Below, in pieces: positions 16,601 through 21,960 of a DNA stretch of 24,000 nt. The notes below the pieces were generated by a model, which searched no databases, was not told the origin of the DNA, and was given only the letters and a program-made list of their open reading frames with translations. Position 1 is the first letter of the stretch. Each line of letters opens with the position of its first letter. The DNA is from Pseudomonadota bacterium (GTDB lineage: Bacteria > Desulfobacterota > Desulfobacteria > Desulfobacterales > Desulfobacteraceae), in the NCBI GenBank assembly GCA_043806875.1, contig JAZDGN010000049.1, positions 185,254 through 209,253 on the forward strand, given 5' to 3'. Position numbers and translations under genes: made by a program.

Positions 16601-16728
16601 TCCTGAAAATGGTCGGCGACCTGTCCCTGAAAGTGCTTGGCGTTGAACTCAAGGCAGAAGGATCCGTGAGCTGCGCCCAGAAACATTTGAACAAGGAGTG
16701 TGCCCTGAAGCAATGTCCTTATTTCTGA
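13609..16728 (+). CDS. Three-module fusion: radical SAM (SPASM-like) + ArsM-type arsenite S-adenosylmethyltransferase + Cys-rich C-terminal domain
   Basis: Single uninterrupted 1039-aa ORF. ATG 13609 is the first possible start (in-frame TAA at 13585-13587). Radical SAM CNLACRHC at aa 100-107. ArsM motifs FGCGSP, DLGSGTGVEC, GIDMTDIMLDLA, VISNCVINL, FRILKPGGRLVVSDVVT and RGECIAGA. The C-terminus has CxxC zinc-ribbon-like pairs plus CAFWGTCGAVTGAG. Confidence 0.85.
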   Translation: MIISGLEDWERVSWDGLVLYVRPEAPDWFVPSEKGDAILRKLRAGQPWQDETLTGLDRVKARQFLSILPETVVSQPYKGRGRCLTLTGLTEFWFHVTDRCNLACRHCLFSCNGTGAVMDFHLFRSVVDQVHDLGARTLYFTGGEPLVHPRIRAMCRYVLDKSPDTHLVMLTNGFAIPGFEPFIRSLDLSRIHFQISVDGDGPLHDQVRGRGTHAVLMEAINVLSALGADITLAMTVHQGNLGFMSGLIDLAGQFSITNVHFLWLFVTGNATSDGFAGPREIFPFLEKAHYHARRAGIVIDNIQAMTEQVFSVPGTRHDLSNAGWESLAMAPDGSIYPTPALIGRPDALCGKADSGIGAVWRHSLILSKIRSLSVEGDDKLRNNPLKFITGGCDLDHSFYAGGEFTGYDPYLELYDRIALMLIREHVDRHRDGLGRVWPGVLARMGDRLENCDYTGSGVVFTHSNCVLSFSGARKKVEAFYAGAARNPEADAAILNPVCYPPDQIAHIPDYARVRSFGCGSPVMDAAVQEGETVVDLGSGTGVECFIASRITGKSGRVVGIDMTDIMLDLATRASRDTANTLGYGNTVFVKGFLEDIPLESGCADAVISNCVINLTSDKPGTLNEIFRILKPGGRLVVSDVVTDSRPGPGILNDPELRGECIAGAMVLNQLMALLEQTGFVNLKIIKRFFYREVKNHRFYSVTYQGNRPGAEQALKSVIYPGPFAAVMTDTGEILVRGQVLDLCVSHALETDPSLYILDALGNALGMEGQNTCACYLPPEDQAPVREISGPVRSPLQTAGPGDTTAQGLGIARSMTGCMVCSAPLVYTDGLEKGVCHYCQALLPVDARCVNGHFVCNQCHSRDAVKVAETILTSTRETDMITLMNIVRSHPGVPLHGPEHHFILPGVILAAFRNSGGALDNDRILAGIQRGKAVPGGVCAFWGTCGAVTGAGIALGIILESSPLKPRPRRIVQEITAAIIKELATIEAARCCQRETWTVLKMVGDLSLKVLGVELKAEGSVSCAQKHLNKECALKQCPYF
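13870..15018 (+). other. Radical SAM core plus degenerate SPASM/twitch-like extension (module 1 of the fusion)
   Basis: CxxxCxxC at nt 13906-13929. FTGGEPLV, MLTNG and ISVDG strands follow. The segment LAMAPDGSIYPTPALIG...FITGGCDLDH resembles a SPASM hairpin but has only four Cys (C349, C392, C451, C465). Boundaries are approximate. Confidence 0.6.
15031..15735 (+). other. ArsM-type methyltransferase module (module 2 of the fusion)
   Basis: Colinear with characterised ArsM as I recall it from R. palustris: LGCGNP / DLGSGGG / LDMTDEML / VISNCVINL / FRVLKPGGRFAVSDVVT / GCLAGAL. The three As(III)-ligand Cys contexts are conserved (C518, C610, C660). Boundaries are approximate. Confidence 0.8.
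16051..16728 (+). other. Cys-rich C-terminal module (zinc-ribbon-like CxxC pairs plus a C_GCAxxG_C_C-like/DUF5714-like helical domain)
   Basis: CMVC-x13-CHYC-x8-C-x5-CNQC, then HGPEHH, CAFWGTCGAVTGAG, ARCC, and C1022/C1031/C1036. The family name comes from memory of the motifs only. Confidence 0.5.
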
Positions 16729-16747
16729 TCGAGAGTCTGTTTGTCTG

Positions 16748-16776
16748 TTGACAACAGGCTGAGCGGGATGTAATGT
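16748..16776 (+). promoter_or_regulatory. Strong candidate sigma70 promoter of the thi operon
   Basis: TTGACA (16748-16753), 17 nt, TAATGT (16771-16776), about 30 nt upstream of the TPP aptamer. Confidence 0.55.
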
Positions 16777-16808
16777 GCCTGAAGTAGACTAAGGTGCAGC
16801 GTACTACT

Positions 16809-16905
16809 ACGGACTGGGGGAGTCGACGGATATCGACTGAGAGGAAACTGTTGAGTTTCGACCCCTGGAACCTGATCCAGATAATACTGGCGAAGGGAAG
16901 CCGGC
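16809..16905 (+). promoter_or_regulatory. TPP (THI-box) riboswitch aptamer
   Basis: CGGACUGGGGGAG...CUGAGAGG...ACCCCUGGAACCUGAUCCAGAUAAUACUGGCGAAGGGAAGCCG matches the conserved TPP aptamer core of the E. coli thiM type (GGGGUGC..CUGAGA..ACCC..ACCUGAUCUGGAUAAUGCCAGCG.AGGGAA). It lies directly upstream of thiamine salvage genes. Confidence 0.9.
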
Positions 16906-17018
16906 GATCACATTCTGTTGACACTGTTTCCCCGTTTTTAAGTCCTTTCAGGTTCCCCCGTACCGTCGCCTGCCTGTTAACAAGTACCCAAGATCAGACA
17001 TCAGGGTGACCAGGGACC

Positions 17019-17765
17019 ATGTTGCATGTTTCCGGACTGACCAAAGCTTTTGATTGTAAGACCATCTTTGATAGGATCAACCTCACCGTTGCTCCGGGCC
17101 GGTTTGCCGTTCTCATCGGACCGTCAGGATGCGGGAAGAGCACGTTTTTCGATGTGCTGACCGGAATCACACCGGCTGACGGTGGCACCATATCCTGGAA
17201 GCAGGAGAATGTTTCCCACCTGGGGCGTACTGCGGCCTACATGCACCAGAAGGATCTGCTGCTGCCCTGGTGCTCCCTCATGGACAATGCCCTGCTGCCG
17301 GCCCGTACCGGAAACAAGGACCTGCCTTCGGCCATACCCGAGGCCGCCTTCTTGTTCAGACGCCTGGGGCTTTCAGGGTATGAGCGCCATTTGCCAAGCC
17401 AGGTGTCGGGCGGCATGCGCCAGCGGTGTGCCCTGGTCAGGACCCTCATGTTCAACCGGGAACTGATTCTCCTGGACGAGCCCTTGTCGGCTCTGGATGC
17501 CATTACCCGCCGAAGTCTCCAGTCCCTTCTGGCCCTTGTCCAGGCCGAGTTTGACAAGACCCTGGTCATGATCACCCATGATATTGAAGAAGCCCTGCTT
17601 CTGGCTGATGACCTGTACCTGCTCAGCGCCAGACCCATGGCCATCCAGGAGAAGTTTTTCCTCGCAGGCCCCAAGCCAAGGCGCTTTAACGATCCTGAGC
17701 TTCTGGCCATCAAGGAGCATGTCCTTGCAAAGCTTGAAGGAGACATCGCCCATGAAGCGTTCTGA
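17019..17765 (+). CDS. thiZ: ABC transporter ATP-binding protein (NitT/TauT family; thiamine-pyrimidine uptake ThiZ-like)
   Basis: Walker A GPSGCGKST, signature VSGGMRQRCALVR, Walker B LILLDEPLSALD. First gene after the TPP riboswitch. Confidence 0.75.
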   Translation: MLHVSGLTKAFDCKTIFDRINLTVAPGRFAVLIGPSGCGKSTFFDVLTGITPADGGTISWKQENVSHLGRTAAYMHQKDLLLPWCSLMDNALLPARTGNKDLPSAIPEAAFLFRRLGLSGYERHLPSQVSGGMRQRCALVRTLMFNRELILLDEPLSALDAITRRSLQSLLALVQAEFDKTLVMITHDIEEALLLADDLYLLSARPMAIQEKFFLAGPKPRRFNDPELLAIKEHVLAKLEGDIAHEAF

Positions 17766-18513
17766 TGTTTTTTCCGGAGTGCTCATGGCCCTTATTTTGG
17801 GACTGTGGGAATCTGCCTGCAGGGTTTGGGATATCCCTGTTTTCATTCTTCCCCCGCCTTCAAGAATTTTGATGACAGCTGTGAACAAAGCCTTTCTCCT
17901 GGCCCCCCATGCACTTGTGACCGGACTTGAGATCCTTCTGGGTATTGCCCTGGCCCTTAGTCTCGCTGTGCCCCTGGCCGTGGTCATGTTCTCCAGGCCC
18001 TGGCTGGAAAAGGCCCTGTCTCCTTTTCTTGTGGCGTCCCAGGCAGTCCCGGTCTTTGCCGTGGCGCCCCTGCTGGTGGTCTGGCTGGGATATGGTATTG
18101 CCAGCAAGGTGCTCATGGCCGGGGTGATCATTTTCTTTCCCATAACCGTTAGTCTGCTCGAGGGGTTCAAGGCCTGCGACAGGGAGTACCAAATCCTGTT
18201 CAGGCTCATGGGGGCAGGGTTCTGGAAAACCATGCGCCTGTTGTACTGGCCCTGGGCCATGCCCTATTTTTTCGCAGGTCTCAGGGTCGGCGTTACCGTG
18301 GCCACCATCGGGGCGGTTATCGGAGAGTGGGTCGGGGCTCAGAAAGGGCTGGGCTACCTGATGATCCAGGCCAATGCCCGTCTCAAGGTTGACCTGGTCT
18401 TTGCAGCCATTCTCTGGCTTTCCGTAATGGGCCTGGGTCTATGGGCCGGAGTGGGATGGCTGGAAAAAAAGACCCTGTACTGGAAACATTTAAACAAGGA
18501 AATACTGTCATGA
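17752..18513 (+). CDS. thiX: ABC transporter permease (ThiX-like)
   Basis: ATG 17752 (MKRSDVFSGVLMAL) has a GAAGGAGA RBS and overlaps the ATPase gene by 14 nt. Six TM segments and an EAA-type loop (EGFKACDREYQILFRLMGAGFWKTMRLLYWPWAMP). Confidence 0.75.
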   Translation: MKRSDVFSGVLMALILGLWESACRVWDIPVFILPPPSRILMTAVNKAFLLAPHALVTGLEILLGIALALSLAVPLAVVMFSRPWLEKALSPFLVASQAVPVFAVAPLLVVWLGYGIASKVLMAGVIIFFPITVSLLEGFKACDREYQILFRLMGAGFWKTMRLLYWPWAMPYFFAGLRVGVTVATIGAVIGEWVGAQKGLGYLMIQANARLKVDLVFAAILWLSVMGLGLWAGVGWLEKKTLYWKHLNKEILS

Positions 18514-19466
18514 AAAACTGTAACCGGGTGTCCATCGTCCTGGTATCCATTGCTGTCGGCCTGCTGTTGACGGCAACAACGGCCATGTCCGCCCAAAAGT
18601 TGTCCCTGATGCTGGACTGGTTTCCCAATGTCGATCACCTGCCCGTCTATGTTGCCAGGGATATGGGACTGTTCGAGCGGGCAGGCCTCAATGTGGAAAT
18701 CATAACACCGTCCGAGACTGCGGACGGTCTGAAACTGGCTGCGTCAGGCACTGTGGATATGGCCGTATCCTACGAGCCCCAGACCATCATTGCCGCATCG
18801 GGAGGTCTGGACGTGCGGGTTGTGGGAACCCTGGTGGACCATCCCCTGACCACACTGCTGTTCCTCAAGGGCAAGGGAATATCAACCCCCCGGGACCTGA
18901 CCGGCAAAACCATCGGGTACACGGTTCCGGGTCTCATGGATGTTCTGCTCAAGGCCTTTGCGACTGTCAATGCAGTCGGGGAATATAAGGCTGTGAACGT
19001 TGGATTCACCATTATTCCGTCCCTGGTGACAGGACAGGTTGACGCTGTCATGGGCCCGTTCAAGACCTATGAGACAGTTGAGATGGCCCACCAGGGATAT
19101 GAGGCCGGCTACTTTGAACTGGAGAAATGGGGAATTCCGGATTACGAGGAGCTGGTTTTTGTGTGCGGGAAAGCGGTGCTGGCCAGAAAATCACCCGCAG
19201 TCAAGAGCTTTGTCCAGGCTGTGGCCGCTGCCATTGACTATACCCGGAAGAATCCCCAGGATGCCCTCGAGATTTACCTCAAGGCTGTGCCCGAGGCTGA
19301 CCAGGCAACGGAAAGGGACGCCTTTAAGCTGACCCTGCCCTTTTATGACGCCCCAGGGGAATCCGATGCGGCCTCCTGGCAGAAGTTCGCTGATTTTGCA
19401 CTCCAACACGGGCTCATCGAAACCCGGGTAGATGCGGCCGGGTTGATCCATATATGGAAAAATTGA
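18510..19466 (+). CDS. thiY: NMT1/THI5-like periplasmic substrate-binding protein (ThiY-like, HMP/FAMP binding)
   Basis: ATG 18510 overlaps the permease stop (ATGA). Signal peptide MKNCNRVSIVLVSIAVGLLLTATTAMSA. LMLDWFPNVDHLPVYVARDMGLFERAGLNVEI is typical of NMT1/THI5-type binding proteins. Confidence 0.7.
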   Translation: MKNCNRVSIVLVSIAVGLLLTATTAMSAQKLSLMLDWFPNVDHLPVYVARDMGLFERAGLNVEIITPSETADGLKLAASGTVDMAVSYEPQTIIAASGGLDVRVVGTLVDHPLTTLLFLKGKGISTPRDLTGKTIGYTVPGLMDVLLKAFATVNAVGEYKAVNVGFTIIPSLVTGQVDAVMGPFKTYETVEMAHQGYEAGYFELEKWGIPDYEELVFVCGKAVLARKSPAVKSFVQAVAAAIDYTRKNPQDALEIYLKAVPEADQATERDAFKLTLPFYDAPGESDAASWQKFADFALQHGLIETRVDAAGLIHIWKN

Positions 19467-19573
19467 AGAAAACATATACTGCAAAATTCCTGCCGCTGAC
19501 AGGTGCTCTTTCCGGGAACCTGCCCAGGATTCAGGCAGAGTTACGGGTACCACATGATAAAGGAGACTAGACC

Positions 19574-20386
19574 ATGACAATTACACCGGAGAGTATCTGG
19601 GCAGATGTGACGGCAATCCGTCACAAGGCCCCCCTGATCCACAACATAACCAATTATGTGGTCATGAACACCACGGCCAATGCCCTGCTTGCCCTGGGTG
19701 CATCTCCGGTCATGGCCCATGCCCTGCCCGAGGTGGAACAGATGGTGGGGTATGCCGGCGCCCTGGTGATCAACATCGGTACCCTTAGCGATGCCTGGAT
19801 CACTGCCATGACAGCTGCTGCCCGGAGGGCCGGGGAGATCCACGTGCCGGTTATTCTGGACCCTGTCGGGTCCGGAGCAACCCAGTACCGTACCCGAACG
19901 GCCAGGAATCTGGCAGAAGAATTCCGGCCTGCCATCATCCGGGGCAATGGTTCGGAAATCATGTCCCTGTGCCGTCTGGATGTCCGGACAAAGGGGGTTG
20001 ACAGTGCAAACTCCTCGGATGCAGCCCTGGAAGCGGCAAGTGCCCTGAACCGGGAAACCGGATCCATTGTCTGCATTACCGGACAGACAGATTATATCGT
20101 GGGCGGTCCGGTGACCCACGCGGTTTACAATGGCCACCCCATGATGCCCAGGGTTACTGGGCTGGGGTGCACTGCCTCTGCCCTGTGCGGTGCCTTTGCC
20201 GCAGTGAACAAAAATTTTGACATGGCTGCTGCCCATGCCATGGCGGTTATGGGCATTGCCGGAGAGATGGCCGCCCGCACGGCCAGGGGCCCGGGGAGTC
20301 TGCAGACAGCCTTTATCGACAGCCTGTATCTCATGACCGAAGCCGATATCCGGGAGTTGTTCAGGACTGGGGGAGCAGCCGCATGA
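19574..20386 (+). CDS. thiM: Hydroxyethylthiazole kinase
   Basis: AAGGAGA RBS. PLIHNITNYVVMNTTANALLALGASPVMAH and the overall length match ThiM. Confidence 0.9.
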   Translation: MTITPESIWADVTAIRHKAPLIHNITNYVVMNTTANALLALGASPVMAHALPEVEQMVGYAGALVINIGTLSDAWITAMTAAARRAGEIHVPVILDPVGSGATQYRTRTARNLAEEFRPAIIRGNGSEIMSLCRLDVRTKGVDSANSSDAALEAASALNRETGSIVCITGQTDYIVGGPVTHAVYNGHPMMPRVTGLGCTASALCGAFAAVNKNFDMAAAHAMAVMGIAGEMAARTARGPGSLQTAFIDSLYLMTEADIRELFRTGGAAA

Positions 20387-21024
20387 AAGGGGTTTACCTG
20401 GTCACGGATCCCAGGTACCAGGCGCTGCGCCCCATGGAAACCCTGGTGGCCGAAGCTGCCAGGGCAGGGGTCACCTGTGTCCAGCTCAGGGAGAAAACAG
20501 CCGGGACCCGGGATTTTGTGGACCTGGCTCTGAGGATCAAGGCCGTGCTCAAACCGTTCCGGGTTCCCTTGATCATCAACGACCGCATTGATGTGGCCCT
20601 GGCAGCCGGGGCTGACGGCGTCCACATCGGGCAGACCGACATGCCCTATACCATGGTCCGGAACCTCATGGGCCCTGATGCCCTTATAGGCCTCTCCGTG
20701 GAAACATGGGAGGACGTCCTGGCTGCCCAGGATCTTGATGTGGATTACCTGGGTGTGAGCCCGGTGTATGCCACGCCCACAAAAACCGATACCAAACAGC
20801 CCTGGGGTCTGGACGGCCTGACCCGGATCCGGAGTTATTCCCGCCATCCCCTGGTGGCCATCGGCGGCCTCAATGCCGAAAATGCCGCTGATGTGATCCG
20901 GGCAGGGGCCCATTGCGTGGCGGTTGTCTCAGCAATCTGCGGGGCAGATGATCCCTTCCTGGCCGCAAAGGATCTGGCCAGGACCGTTGAGATGGCTATT
21001 CATGACAAGGAGAACAGCAGATGA
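20383..21024 (+). CDS. thiE: Thiamine-phosphate synthase
   Basis: ATGA overlap with thiM. GVYLVTDP, VQLREK, LIINDRIDVALAAGADGVHIGQTD and VSPVYATPTK match ThiE. Confidence 0.9.
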   Translation: MKGVYLVTDPRYQALRPMETLVAEAARAGVTCVQLREKTAGTRDFVDLALRIKAVLKPFRVPLIINDRIDVALAAGADGVHIGQTDMPYTMVRNLMGPDALIGLSVETWEDVLAAQDLDVDYLGVSPVYATPTKTDTKQPWGLDGLTRIRSYSRHPLVAIGGLNAENAADVIRAGAHCVAVVSAICGADDPFLAAKDLARTVEMAIHDKENSR

Positions 21025-21851
21025 AAACCTATTACCGGGCATTGACCATAGCCGGATCGGACAGCGGGGGCGGTGCCGGTATCCAGGCGGATCTGAAAAC
21101 CTTTTCGGCCCTGGGGTGCTTCGGCATGTCCGTCATCACGGCCCTTACCGCCCAGAACACCGTGGCTGTCACAGGCATTCATCCGGTGCCGCCGGAATTC
21201 ATCGCCCTTCAGATGGATGCCGTGATTACAGACATCGGGGTGGACGCCGTCAAGATCGGCATGCTCCACTCCCCGGATGTTATCCGGACCGTGGCCGAGC
21301 GCCTTGGGCATCATGGCTGCCGGTCCATTGTCCTGGATCCGGTCATGATTGCCAAGAGCGGGGACAAGCTCCTCAGGGACGATGCCGTCCAGGCACTGAA
21401 AACCCTTCTTATTCCCATGGCAACCCTGATTACCCCTAATCTTCCCGAAGCATCGGTCCTTTTAGACCGGCCTGTCACGTCCCTGGGCCACATGGCCGAT
21501 GCCTGCAGGGACCTGGCATCCCTGGGCTGCCCTGCCGTGTTTTTAAAGGGCGGGCACCTGCCCGATGCAATAACAACGGATCTGTTTTATGACAACAGGA
21601 CAGGGGAGATCCTGGAACTGGAAACTCCGCGGGTGGATACCCCCAACTCCCACGGAACCGGATGCACCATCTCATCGGCTATTGCGGCAGGATTGGCCCG
21701 GGGGCTCGGACTCACGGATGCCGTGAAGGCCGCTAAAAACTACATCACCGGAGCACTGGAGGCCGGTGCCGGGGTCACGGTCGGCCGGGGTCACGGCCCG
21801 GTTCATCATTTTCATGGATGGTGGGATCCAACAAAAATCCCGGCACAGTGA
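21021..21851 (+). CDS. thiD: Hydroxymethylpyrimidine/phosphomethylpyrimidine kinase
   Basis: ATGA overlap with thi[38 protein letters not shown] and [16 protein letters not shown] match ThiD. Confidence 0.9.
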   Translation: MKTYYRALTIAGSDSGGGAGIQADLKTFSALGCFGMSVITALTAQNTVAVTGIHPVPPEFIALQMDAVITDIGVDAVKIGMLHSPDVIRTVAERLGHHGCRSIVLDPVMIAKSGDKLLRDDAVQALKTLLIPMATLITPNLPEASVLLDRPVTSLGHMADACRDLASLGCPAVFLKGGHLPDAITTDLFYDNRTGEILELETPRVDTPNSHGTGCTISSAIAAGLARGLGLTDAVKAAKNYITGALEAGAGVTVGRGHGPVHHFHGWWDPTKIPAQ

Positions 21852-21960
21852 CAATCAGGCACTGCATTGAAAATGGTTTCCCAAAAGATTTTTGCAACTA
21901 TTCATGGCAGCTTCAGAGCCTGGCTCAGGGATGGCGGCCTTGGTCGCCATTCCTGTAATA

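Noticed and set aside
16794-17009. 71-aa ORF in the thi leader.
   Set aside because: It overlaps the TPP riboswitch aptamer, so the open frame is coincidental.
17373-18260. 295-aa minus-strand ORF antisense to the ABC ATPase and permease genes. The same applies to 19541-20236, 20125-20913, 21892-22767, 4747-5499 and 1425-2135.
   Set aside because: All lie opposite genes with unambiguous family motifs (Walker A/B, ThiM, ThiE, RND, M48, HDOD). Their composition is skewed and their starts have no support.
19467-19573. Possible second riboswitch or internal promoter in the thiY-thiM gap.
   Set aside because: No THI-box core (CUGAGA, ACCUGAUCUGGAUAAUGCCAGCG) is present. TATACT at 19475-19480 has no acceptable -35 at 16-18 bp spacing. 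Only short 4-5 bp stems are present.
21931-21950. Hairpin ATGGCG-N8-CGCCAT between convergent thiD and the RND gene.
   Set aside because: It has a 6-bp stem without a flanking U-tract on either strand. It may be a weak or Rho-assisted terminator, but the support is not enough to list it as a feature.
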